In this document: positions 9,000 to 17,460 of the stretch, piece by piece | Position numbering within the stretch: position 1 is the stretch's first letter | Layout of the letters: each line of letters opens with the position of its first letter | Notes under the pieces: generated by a model | Database searches by the model: none | Told to the model about the DNA's origin: nothing | What the model saw: only the letters and a program-made list of their open reading frames with translations | Position numbers and translations under genes: made by a program | Virus record (IMG/VR): IMGVR_UViG_3300005683_000073 | Location: 531-64,530 of that record | DNA from: a virus | Taxonomy: Duplodnaviria; Caudoviricetes | DNA length: 64,000 bases | Direction: 5' to 3' (one strand)

Positions 9000-9262
9000 A
9001 CGACCAGCGCAGTGGGATCGAGAAGGTCCTCTGGGACAAGGTGGGTCCTCCGCTGTACTACTGTTCGGAGTGTCTCCGAGCAGTGAAGGTCACGGCAGTG
9101 GAGGGCGCAGAGCCGGTCATCGAACGCCCCTGCGGGTGCAATGCGCAGATCTACGCTCCGCGCAAGGCGATCGCCGCTGGCGAGGGCGGGCTGAACTGGA
9201 AGGACAGCGCCAAGGTCAAGTACTGGCAGGTGGCCGCTGCCCTGACGGGGCGGTGTGTGTAA
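8996..9262 (+). CDS. small Cys-containing protein (88 aa)
   Basis: GTGA overlap; CSEC and CGC motifs. Confidence 0.7.
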   Translation: MNDQRSGIEKVLWDKVGPPLYYCSECLRAVKVTAVEGAEPVIERPCGCNAQIYAPRKAIAAGEGGLNWKDSAKVKYWQVAAALTGRCV

Positions 9263-10158
9263 TGGGTTTCGGCGCGATCAGCGAGATTCCTGCGGCGGAC
9301 GACGCAGGACAAACGTGGACGACCTCGTTCCGTAAAGCTGTCGCGTCTGCTGCTTCGGTGACGAATGGGTGGCTGGACTACAGCTACTTCGCAGGGTCTC
9401 CCCCGGCCAACTTCTACGCCTCGACTCCGCTTGTCGCGGCGGCGCTGGATCCGTCGCGCGGTATCTACCTGCCGGCGGTGGCTCCCGCTACGCAGCACCT
9501 GAACAACCTACGGGTGATGTCGGCTGCGAACGCTGCCGCGTCCACGGCGAACGGTCGGCAGCAGCTGGCACTGTGCGACTACCTGATGTACTACCCGTTC
9601 ATCGACACGGATGCGGTCGGCGAGCAGCAAGATCTCGACAACACGCTGACGCTCCCCCGCTACAGTGCAGGGCAGGTCGTGTGCGTGGCGCAGTCCGCGT
9701 CGTCGGCGGTCGGGCAGTTCACGATGACGTACACCAATCAGGACGGTGTCGCTGGCCGGGTGTCGCAGAATACCTACACGTTCGTGGTCGCTGGCGGCGG
9801 GCAGGTGGTCGGAGCCAGTGGTGCGGGTGCTTCCTACAGTCCATTCGTCTACCTGCAGGCAGGTGACTCGGGCGTTCGATCGATCGAGTCCGTGACGTTC
9901 ACGGCGGCAGGCGGTGGACTGATGGCGCTCGTCATCGTCAAGCCGCTGCTCAAGCATTTCCTCGCGCAGGAGTGCCGTCGTACGACTTCTGGTAACTTGG
10001 AGTCTTACGGATCGTGTGCGGAGTTCCAGTCGGTCATTCACGCCGCTGGTGCGCCCCGCATTGTCGATGGCGCGGTACTGGGGCTGCTCGCCGCCGGATA
10101 CGCAGGGTCGCTCGCCACTTCCATCCTCGCGGGCATCATCGAAACTTACTGGAATTGA
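9262..10158 (+). CDS. putative virion protein (298 aa), paralogue of 10166-11065
   Basis: TAATG-coupled start; shares AG.PPA, Y...DG.AG, PF..L.AGD.G, KPL and I.DGA with the next gene. Confidence 0.8.
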   Translation: MGFGAISEIPAADDAGQTWTTSFRKAVASAASVTNGWLDYSYFAGSPPANFYASTPLVAAALDPSRGIYLPAVAPATQHLNNLRVMSAANAAASTANGRQQLALCDYLMYYPFIDTDAVGEQQDLDNTLTLPRYSAGQVVCVAQSASSAVGQFTMTYTNQDGVAGRVSQNTYTFVVAGGGQVVGASGAGASYSPFVYLQAGDSGVRSIESVTFTAAGGGLMALVIVKPLLKHFLAQECRRTTSGNLESYGSCAEFQSVIHAAGAPRIVDGAVLGLLAAGYAGSLATSILAGIIETYWN

Positions 10159-10165
10159 GGTACAT

Positions 10166-11065
10166 ATGGGCTTTACTTCACAAGACGACCTGATCACCCA
10201 GCTCACCGTCAACGGTAAGGGCGACACGGTCGTGACGACCAAAACCCTTGCTGCTGCACAGGTGGCCGGCACTTGGACTCTTCTCGCCGGCCATGCGGGC
10301 TATCCGCCTGCGGCAGTGTTCACGGGGTCGGACCTGACCTACGTCCCCACCGATGACACTTGGAGTGAGGGCACGATCTACACCGGGGGCGACGTATCCC
10401 CTGCTACCAAACACTTTCTGTCGGCGGGCGCTGCGTGTGTCGCTGCAGCCGGTGCGCCGTGGTACCTGATGGCGATCGACCTTGTGGGGTTCGTCCCGCT
10501 GTCCGGCACTAACGTCTCGACCACCGGCACTAAGACCATCACCATGACCGCCATCGGCTCTGGCGGCGGCAAGGGTGATCGCTACCCGAACGGGCAGGGG
10601 CTGCGCGCATTCGTTGCGGCGGACACTGCACTCGGTGCCAACGCTCCGACCTGCATCCTCAACTACCTCGACACGGATGGTGCGGCGGGCGCGACTACGA
10701 CGTTCACTTCGACGGCCTCGCTCCCTGTCGGCGCACTGCTCAATACGGGCGCGGCGGCGAACAAGTACAACCCGTTCCTCCCGCTCGCGGCGGGCGACAC
10801 CGGCATCAGTGACCTCGTGTCGCTGGTGTGGGCGGGTACGGCACACGCCTCTGGAACGGTCATTGTCGGCCTCTGCAAGCCGCTGTGGACGATCCCCGTT
10901 CCGGCGACCGGCCTGTACAACAAGGTCGACTTCGTCAATGCCCTGCCCTCTCTGCGCAAGATCCCCGACGGTGCGAACATCCAGTTCCTGCTGTTCCAGA
11001 CTGGCGCGACGACTTCGGCGGGCACGGTCAACGTGGACTTCGACTACGGGTACGGCGGTAGCTGA
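10166..11065 (+). CDS. putative virion protein (299 aa), paralogue of 9262-10158
   Basis: RBS GAGG; A/G/T-rich, beta-rich composition; shared motifs with the upstream gene. Confidence 0.8.
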   Translation: MGFTSQDDLITQLTVNGKGDTVVTTKTLAAAQVAGTWTLLAGHAGYPPAAVFTGSDLTYVPTDDTWSEGTIYTGGDVSPATKHFLSAGAACVAAAGAPWYLMAIDLVGFVPLSGTNVSTTGTKTITMTAIGSGGGKGDRYPNGQGLRAFVAADTALGANAPTCILNYLDTDGAAGATTTFTSTASLPVGALLNTGAAANKYNPFLPLAAGDTGISDLVSLVWAGTAHASGTVIVGLCKPLWTIPVPATGLYNKVDFVNALPSLRKIPDGANIQFLLFQTGATTSAGTVNVDFDYGYGGS

Positions 11066-11868
11066 TGGGTCTGCTCGCGAATAACTTTCGCGACACTCTG
11101 GGGGCGTTTCAGACCTTCGGGGCGACGGCGTCGAACAACGCCTATCCGTCGGTTACGCGGCAGAACTACGCCCGCACGGCGGCGATGCGCAACATCACTG
11201 CTGGAGAAGGCATTACGAGTGAGCTGGTCGCCGTTCCGTCGGGCAACCGGCACCCGAATGCGTGGATCATGCCGCAGCAGGCGGGGGCCTTGGCGGCACG
11301 GAATACGCTCACGGGCGAGGGTGGGATCACCGACGCCGATCGCTGGGCGGTGAAGCTCGCAGAAGCGGCCCTGACCGGCGACGGTACCCTGACTGCCGTC
11401 GGCAGTCTGGTAGTCCAGCTCATCGCCGCTATCACCGGCAGCGGGACGATCTCGGCGGCGAACCTGCAGGCGTTCCTCGCGGCAGTGGCGAACCTGACCG
11501 GCTCAGGCGGCGTGACGGATGCGGACCTTGAAGGGTTCGGAGCGATGCTCGCCGCGCTGGCAGGCGACGGTACGCTCGATGCGTCTGTTCTGACCGGCAT
11601 TGGTGAGTTGGACGCGGGTCTCATCGTGACCGGAACCGGCTTGTCTACGGCGAATGTTGGGCAGGCTGTATGGTCTGCGCTACTCGAAGCGGGCTTCACG
11701 GCGGAGGACCTGCTGCGACTGGCAGCGGCGGGCGCGGCGGGTAAGCTTTCAGGCGCGGCGGGTACGACTGTCACGGTGCGAGACGTCTCTGATCTGCACG
11801 ACATCATCGTGGCGACGGTGGACGGTGACGGCAACCGCTCGGCGATTGTCCTCGACCTTGACCAGTAA
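11065..11868 (+). CDS. Ala/Gly/Thr-rich putative virion fibre protein (267 aa)
   Basis: Quasi-repeats of L.G.G.L/I.A; TGATG coupling. Confidence 0.75.
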   Translation: MGLLANNFRDTLGAFQTFGATASNNAYPSVTRQNYARTAAMRNITAGEGITSELVAVPSGNRHPNAWIMPQQAGALAARNTLTGEGGITDADRWAVKLAEAALTGDGTLTAVGSLVVQLIAAITGSGTISAANLQAFLAAVANLTGSGGVTDADLEGFGAMLAALAGDGTLDASVLTGIGELDAGLIVTGTGLSTANVGQAVWSALLEAGFTAEDLLRLAAAGAAGKLSGAAGTTVTVRDVSDLHDIIVATVDGDGNRSAIVLDLDQ

Positions 11869-12185
11869 TGTACGCCGCACGGTATTTCCCGAAGCGGTAC
11901 TTCGCGGGGCGGTACTTCCCTCCGCCGACAGGCGACTTCGCCGGGTGGACCGAGACGACCAGCGGCGGCATCAGCTTCAGCGGCGTCGCGGCCCTATCCA
12001 ACACGTTCGCAGAAGCCGTCAGCGGCGGGCTGCTGTTCGGAGGCGAGGCAGCGGTCTCCCACACCTACTCGGAACAGACCGACGGGGGGGTGGTGTTCGG
12101 CGGCAACGCTGTTGTGCAGTGGATCACTGGATCGGGTGGTGGATTTGTCCGTCGCCTGTGGTATAGACTCGGCCTTGGAGTGTGA
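11868..12185 (+). CDS. small repeat protein (105 aa)
   Basis: TAATG coupling; three RYF repeats then three GG[ILV]xF[SG]GxA repeats. Confidence 0.7.
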   Translation: MYAARYFPKRYFAGRYFPPPTGDFAGWTETTSGGISFSGVAALSNTFAEAVSGGLLFGGEAAVSHTYSEQTDGGVVFGGNAVVQWITGSGGGFVRRLWYRLGLGV

Positions 12186-12219
12186 TATACACTTTGGCCA
12201 CCGTGTGAGGAGTAAGCAC

Positions 12220-12399
12220 ATGCAAGGTAAGTTTCTCGGTGACACGAAGGGCAACCGCGACCTGAACACCAACCGCTCGGCGGGCGGTGGCGGCAGCGGC
12301 GAGTCCCATTCGAAGGGCGCTGGCGGCGGCAAGTTCGTCGGCGAGACCAAGGGCAATCGCGACCTGCCGATCAACCGTTCGGCGGGCGGCGGGAAGTAA
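12220..12399 (+). CDS. 59-aa peptide with an internal 22-aa duplication
   Basis: RBS GAGGAG; GKFLGDTKGNRDLNTNRSAGGG and GKFVGETKGNRDLPINRSAGGG. Confidence 0.75.
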   Translation: MQGKFLGDTKGNRDLNTNRSAGGGGSGESHSKGAGGGKFVGETKGNRDLPINRSAGGGK

Positions 12400-12401
12400 C
12401 C

Positions 12402-12596
12402 ATGAAGCAGTCGAAGGGTTCGAAGCAGCTCAAGTCGCTCTCGCTGTCGCGTCTCGACGGCGTGCGCGAGGTGGCGCTCGGCCACAAGGCGACTGCTGAT
12501 CGTCCGACGCGCAACTACTCGAAGTCCGACTACGTTCGGACCCACGAGGAGCATGCAGACGTGCGGGCACGGAACAAGCGATGGGGGTTGGCCTGA
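12402..12596 (+). CDS. small basic hypothetical protein (64 aa)
   Basis: ORF starts 2 nt after the previous stop. Confidence 0.6.
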   Translation: MKQSKGSKQLKSLSLSRLDGVREVALGHKATADRPTRNYSKSDYVRTHEEHADVRARNKRWGLA

Positions 12597-12826
12597 AGCC
12601 GACCAACCAGCAGCTTGAGAGTCTGTCGAGGCTGCGCGGAAGCGTTGACTTCGAGAGGCACCAAGAGGTCTCGCGGGAATACGAGCGGGAACTCACGGAG
12701 CGACTGGTGAAGGCGACGGATTCCGTCACCGTTCACCGAACGCAGGGGGCGATCGAAGCTCTCCGCACGCTCAGGGAGTTCTACGAGTCAGCTCCCGCGA
12801 GCTTGACGAAGATCTCGGGTAAATAG
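12581..12826 (+). CDS. small helical protein upstream of scaffold (81 aa)
   Basis: Helical, HRTQGAIEAL motif, position immediately before the scaffold gene. Confidence 0.7.
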   Translation: MGVGLKPTNQQLESLSRLRGSVDFERHQEVSREYERELTERLVKATDSVTVHRTQGAIEALRTLREFYESAPASLTKISGK

Positions 12827-12837
12827 AGGAACACGCC

Positions 12838-13914
12838 ATGAGTGCGCTCCCCAAGGCAGTGCAGAAGCAGGTCGAAGAAGCGAATCGTTTGGCCGAGCAG
12901 CTCGCCAAGGAGCGGCTCCAGCCGACCCCGCCCCCGGAGGGACAGCCTCCGGCCTCCGATCCGGGCACCACGCCCGCCGCTGCCGCCCCCGATGCTGGTC
13001 AGCCGCCCGCCGACGGTGGCCAGCCTGCAGGATCGGCGACTCCGCCCTCCCCGGCTGCTGAGGGGTGGGAGCAAAAATACAGGGTGCTGCAGGGCAAGTA
13101 CAACGCGGAAGTTCCGCGTCTGCAGCGCCAAGTGCAGGAGCAGAACTCCACGTTGGAGCAGCTCAAGTCGCAACTCACTGCGACCCAAGGGATGCTCTCC
13201 GCGCTTGCCCAAGGCCGGGTCGCTGCACCCGGTGGCCAGAGTCCCACGCCTGCGGCTCCGGTCAAGTTGGTCAAAGACGAGGAAGTGAAGGAGTTCGGCG
13301 AGGACCTGACGGACTTCATCAAGCGAGTGGCGCAGGAGGCAATCCTGCCCGCCGTTGACCAGAGGCTCCAGCCGGTCCAGCAGCAGGTCGCCGAAGTGCG
13401 GCAGACGGCCACCAAGGTGGTCGAGCGGTCCGTACAGAGTGACCACGAAAGGCTTCTCGCGACCCTCGATCAGCAGATCGCAGGGTGGCGTCAGCAGAAC
13501 AACGATCCGGGCTTTCTGGATTGGCTGGCGCAGCCTGACCCGTACTCGGGCGTGGCTCGCGGGGACCTGCTACGGCAGGCGTATGAGGGCTTCGATGTAC
13601 CGCGCATTGTGGCTTTCTTCAAGGGCTATCGGAACGAACACGCAGTCGTTACGCCGCCCGCTGCCGCTGCTCCCGCTGCCACGCAGCAGGGATCACAGCG
13701 GAAGCTGGACGAGTTTGTGGCTCCCGGCACCCCCAAGGCCGGGACGACTGGCGCTCAGGAAGGAGCCGGAAAGCGGATTTGGACGCAGGCCGAGATCAAG
13801 CGGTTCTACGACGACTGCACCGCTGGCAAGTACCGGACCACCGATGGTCAGGCACGTCGCCGGGAACTGGAGCAGGACATCATCGCCGCCGCGAGAGAAG
13901 GCCGGGTTCGCTGA
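12838..13914 (+). CDS. capsid scaffolding protein
   Basis: RBS GAGGA; Pro-rich linker, WEQKYRVLQGKY coiled coil, C-terminal helix ELEQDIIAAAREGRVR; directly before the major capsid gene. Confidence 0.8.
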   Translation: MSALPKAVQKQVEEANRLAEQLAKERLQPTPPPEGQPPASDPGTTPAAAAPDAGQPPADGGQPAGSATPPSPAAEGWEQKYRVLQGKYNAEVPRLQRQVQEQNSTLEQLKSQLTATQGMLSALAQGRVAAPGGQSPTPAAPVKLVKDEEVKEFGEDLTDFIKRVAQEAILPAVDQRLQPVQQQVAEVRQTATKVVERSVQSDHERLLATLDQQIAGWRQQNNDPGFLDWLAQPDPYSGVARGDLLRQAYEGFDVPRIVAFFKGYRNEHAVVTPPAAAAPAATQQGSQRKLDEFVAPGTPKAGTTGAQEGAGKRIWTQAEIKRFYDDCTAGKYRTTDGQARRRELEQDIIAAAREGRVR

Positions 13915-13951
13915 CCAGTTTCCAATTCACACTCCAAAGGAGTAGAGCGTC

Positions 13952-14932
13952 ATGGCATATCCTATCGGCACCGCCTACAGCGGTTCGAATCCCTCCCCGG
14001 CGTACGCGGGCATTTTCATCCCGACCCTGTGGAGCGGCAAGCTCGTCGAGAAGTTCTACGCGGCCACCGTCCTCGGTGCGATCGCGAACACGGACTACGA
14101 AGGCGAGATCCGCAATCAGGGCGACACGGTGAAGATCCGCACGCGCCCGACGATTAGCATCGCCGACTACGAGGCGAATCAGGCGCTGACCATTCAGCGT
14201 CCGTCGAGCAACCTCGTGGAACTCACGATCGACAAGGGCAAGTACTTCAACCTCGCCCTCGACGACGTGATGGAGGTGCAGGCCGACCTCGACATGCTCA
14301 GCATCTGGGCGGAGGACGCGGCTGAGCAGATGAAGATCGCGATCGACACCGAGGTGCTGACGTACCTCGAAACCGAGACGCTGGCGACGGGCATGTTCGG
14401 CAACACGGGCGGCGTCCTGTCGGGCGACATCCGTCTGGGCCTTCCGGGCAACCCGCTGTACCTCGGCAAGGTTGCCGCCGGTACGGGCGCTGGCACCGAC
14501 GCCTCGAACGAGCGACTGATCACCGACGCCATCGTCGATTTCGGTCAGGTCCTCGACGAGAACAACATCCCGGAGACGGGGCGTTGGCTGGTGATCCCGG
14601 CGTGGATGGCCGCGATGATCAAGAAGTCCGACCTGAAGGACGCCTCGATCTCGGGTGACGGCACCTCGATCCTGCGCAACGGGCGGCTCGGCATGATCGA
14701 CCGTTTCACGATCTACATGTCGAACCTGCTGCCGACGGCTGACGGCTACAGCTCCCAGACCTATGTGTTCTTCGGCACGAACGCCGCTCTGACGTTCGCC
14801 GCCCAGTTCACGAAGATGGAGACGCTGCGGTCGGAGTCGAGCTTCTCCACGCTGGTCCGTGGCCTGCAGGTCTACGGTCGCAAGCTGGTGAACACGGCTG
14901 CGTTCGGTCGCGCGGTGGTCGCGAAGGGCTGA
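13952..14932 (+). CDS. major capsid protein (HK97 fold)
   Basis: RBS AAGGAG; FIPTLWSGKLVEKFY, NTDYEGEIRNQGDTVKI, LTIDKGKYF, VRGLQVYGRKLV; followed by a terminator. Confidence 0.9.
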   Translation: MAYPIGTAYSGSNPSPAYAGIFIPTLWSGKLVEKFYAATVLGAIANTDYEGEIRNQGDTVKIRTRPTISIADYEANQALTIQRPSSNLVELTIDKGKYFNLALDDVMEVQADLDMLSIWAEDAAEQMKIAIDTEVLTYLETETLATGMFGNTGGVLSGDIRLGLPGNPLYLGKVAAGTGAGTDASNERLITDAIVDFGQVLDENNIPETGRWLVIPAWMAAMIKKSDLKDASISGDGTSILRNGRLGMIDRFTIYMSNLLPTADGYSSQTYVFFGTNAALTFAAQFTKMETLRSESSFSTLVRGLQVYGRKLVNTAAFGRAVVAKG

Positions 14933-14956
14933 TCCCTGAGCGGTCTGTAGTGGACC

Positions 14957-14992
14957 AGCCCCCCGGTGGAGTAACATCTGCCGGGGGCTTTT
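14957..14992 (+). terminator. intrinsic terminator after the major capsid gene
   Basis: CCCCCGG / CCGGGGG stem followed by CTTTT. Confidence 0.7.
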
Positions 14993-15004
14993 CAGGAGCA
15001 GCCA

Positions 15005-15361
15005 GTGGCCAAGACGTACCAGACTGCAATCGACGAAGCGCGTGAGATCCTTCAGGACACTGATTCGGACGGGTATCGCTACTCCGATGCGACCCTCCTC
15101 AACATTCTGAACCGCGCTCTGCAGGAGCTTGGCCGCATCCGACCGGATGCGTTCTGGACGACTTTCTCCACGGACGACATCGTCGTCCCCGAGGTCGCAA
15201 CGGTTGACCTCAGCACCACGTTCCCCCTCCCGATGCAGTTCTACCTCCCTGTGGTGAGCTTCCTCGTCTCGTGGTCGGAAGTTCTCGACGACGAGTTCAC
15301 GCAGGACGGTAGGGCGGGCATGTTGCTCACCCAGTTCAAGACGCAGGTCATGGGTCTATGA
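15005..15361 (+). CDS. head-tail adaptor/connector-like protein
   Basis: GTG after AGGAG; AREILQD...RYSDATLLNILNRAL pattern; position after the capsid gene. Confidence 0.7.
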   Translation: MAKTYQTAIDEAREILQDTDSDGYRYSDATLLNILNRALQELGRIRPDAFWTTFSTDDIVVPEVATVDLSTTFPLPMQFYLPVVSFLVSWSEVLDDEFTQDGRAGMLLTQFKTQVMGL

Positions 15362-15978
15362 GCGCCTCGATCGCAATCTGGCTCAAGGACATCCTCCCTC
15401 GCACTCCCGGCATCGTCCGGGCGGTCGCGAAGCGCGAGTTCCAGAACACCGCACGGGAGTTCTATCGGCAGTCCGGCGCATGGCGCGAGGTGATCGAAAG
15501 CACCTTCTTTGCCGACGGGGACTACCAGTACACCGTGCTGCCCGAGGCCGACGAGGGCGAGGTGATTCAGGTCACGTCGGTGGAAGTGAACGGGATTCCG
15601 CTGACGGCCAAGACGGAACGTCCGCTCGGCGATCGCGGAGACGGCACCCCCACCATCTGGTTCCCCACGGGACTGAACACCATCGAGATCTGGCCGACGC
15701 CGGAGCAGTACGATGACGAGGTTCGCATCCGCGCGATCCTCATCCCGACGGAGACCTTCACCACGCTGCCTGACTTCGCCTATGCGAAGCACTATGATGC
15801 CCTGCTCGACGGCGTCCTCGGGCGCCTGTATGGGCATCCGGCAAAGCCGTACAGCAATCCCACGCTGGCGACGTACCATCTCAACCGCTTCCGCAACGCC
15901 ATCGGTGAGGCCGCAGCAGAGCAGAAGCAGGGCGGGTTCGCCGGACAGAACTGGCAGTACCCGCGCTTCGGAAAGTAG
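15358..15978 (+). CDS. tail adaptor / tail tubular protein A-like
   Basis: ATGA overlap; AREFYRQSGAWRE, IWPTP, DALLDGVLGRLY..P.KPYSNP. Confidence 0.7.
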   Translation: MSASIAIWLKDILPRTPGIVRAVAKREFQNTAREFYRQSGAWREVIESTFFADGDYQYTVLPEADEGEVIQVTSVEVNGIPLTAKTERPLGDRGDGTPTIWFPTGLNTIEIWPTPEQYDDEVRIRAILIPTETFTTLPDFAYAKHYDALLDGVLGRLYGHPAKPYSNPTLATYHLNRFRNAIGEAAAEQKQGGFAGQNWQYPRFGK

Positions 15979-15987
15979 GAGTAGACC

Positions 15988-17451
15988 GTGGCCGCACAGA
16001 AGTTCGCCAACAACGCAAGCTCGCTTCTCGCAGCGTCGATTACCGACATCGAGACGACCGTCCAGCTCGATTCCGGGTACGGCGCATTGTTCCCCAGTCC
16101 CGGTGCGAGCGAGTACTTCGTCATTGCGCTGGAGAACAGCGCGGGCGACATCGAGATCTGTAAGGTCACGGCTCGTGCCACCGACCTGCTGACTGTTGTC
16201 CGTGGATGGGAGGACACCACTGCGCAGGCGTGGACGAATGGCGTGACCCGCGTCGAGTTGCGCAATACCGCTGGCAGCATGCGCCAGATGATTCAGCGGT
16301 CCGGCGATGTCATGGAAGGTGATCTTGACATGGACGGCAACAACATTGTCGATGCCGTGCTGAGCGGCGAGACGTTGATTTTGCCGGGGGCCGTCATTCA
16401 GGGTGCGACGTATCAGAATTCCAACGGCGATACGACCAATCAGTTCTTCATCCCGGAAGATGGCATGTCTCCGCCTACGGTTGGCGGATCACCCGTCCTC
16501 ACGCAGTCGTCGTTCGATCCCCAGTCGGTGTTCGCCGCTGGCATGATCATGATGTGGTACGGCGACGTGAATGAAATCCCGGACGGGTGGGCACTGTGCG
16601 ATGGCAACAACGGTCGCCCGGACCTCCGCAACCGCTTCGTTGTTGGTGTCGGGTCTGATTACGTCGTTGGTGACGTTGGTGGGGAGGGTATTCATTCCGG
16701 TCTGGCTACGTCGGCGAGCGGCGCACATAGCCACGGTGGCGGTAACACTGGGGTTACAGTCCTTACTGAGGACATGATTCCGCCGCACTACCACTGGATT
16801 TCCACTCGCGGATCGAATGCTAGTTCACAGGGCAATACGCAGCGTGACTTTCCCCGTAGCTATGGAGAAGGCGACTCGACGGTTACGGATAGTGTTCAGA
16901 CCAGCACCGCCGGCACTGGCACTGATGGGCATTCGCACTCGGTCTCTGATTCCGCCGATCACACGCACACGGTCGGGTTCGACAACCGTCCGCCATACTA
17001 TGCGCTGTACTTCATCATCAAGACCGATCCCGCTGGCGACTATGGCGGCGTGGGTGGCGGTGGCGGTGGCGACGGCTCGATGTATGACATGTACAACGAG
17101 AGCGGATGCACGACATTCATCGGTGGGCAGGCCACGTTGATGGAGGATGTTGCAGCTACCGCTTCGCAGGTCCAGATTAACTGCTGTGCATCGAACGTAT
17201 TCAGGCATGTCTTGACCGGTAATGTTACGGTACTGAGCCCCAATAACCCGCTCTCAGGGCAGGTCATCAACATCATTTTGAAGCAGGGCGGTTCCGGTAG
17301 CTACACCGTGACATGGAGTTCAGCATTTAAGTTCCCCGGTGGTACACCACCTGCACTCAGCACTGGTGTTGGCGAAGTAGACATGGTGACATGCCAGTTC
17401 GACTCCGCCGACAACGTGTGGTACTGCACTTCGCTCGCTGCCTTCGCGTAA
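15988..17451 (+). CDS. tail fibre protein with tail-collar domain
   Basis: N-terminal KFANNASSLL anchor; collar motif GMIMMWYG..IPDGWALCDG.NGRPDLRNRFVVG; HSH/HTH repeats; C-terminal NP.SGQ..ILKQGGSGSYTVTW domain. Confidence 0.85.
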   Translation: MAAQKFANNASSLLAASITDIETTVQLDSGYGALFPSPGASEYFVIALENSAGDIEICKVTARATDLLTVVRGWEDTTAQAWTNGVTRVELRNTAGSMRQMIQRSGDVMEGDLDMDGNNIVDAVLSGETLILPGAVIQGATYQNSNGDTTNQFFIPEDGMSPPTVGGSPVLTQSSFDPQSVFAAGMIMMWYGDVNEIPDGWALCDGNNGRPDLRNRFVVGVGSDYVVGDVGGEGIHSGLATSASGAHSHGGGNTGVTVLTEDMIPPHYHWISTRGSNASSQGNTQRDFPRSYGEGDSTVTDSVQTSTAGTGTDGHSHSVSDSADHTHTVGFDNRPPYYALYFIIKTDPAGDYGGVGGGGGGDGSMYDMYNESGCTTFIGGQATLMEDVAATASQVQINCCASNVFRHVLTGNVTVLSPNNPLSGQVINIILKQGGSGSYTVTWSSAFKFPGGTPPALSTGVGEVDMVTCQFDSADNVWYCTSLAAFA

Positions 17452-17460
17452 GGAGTAGCT

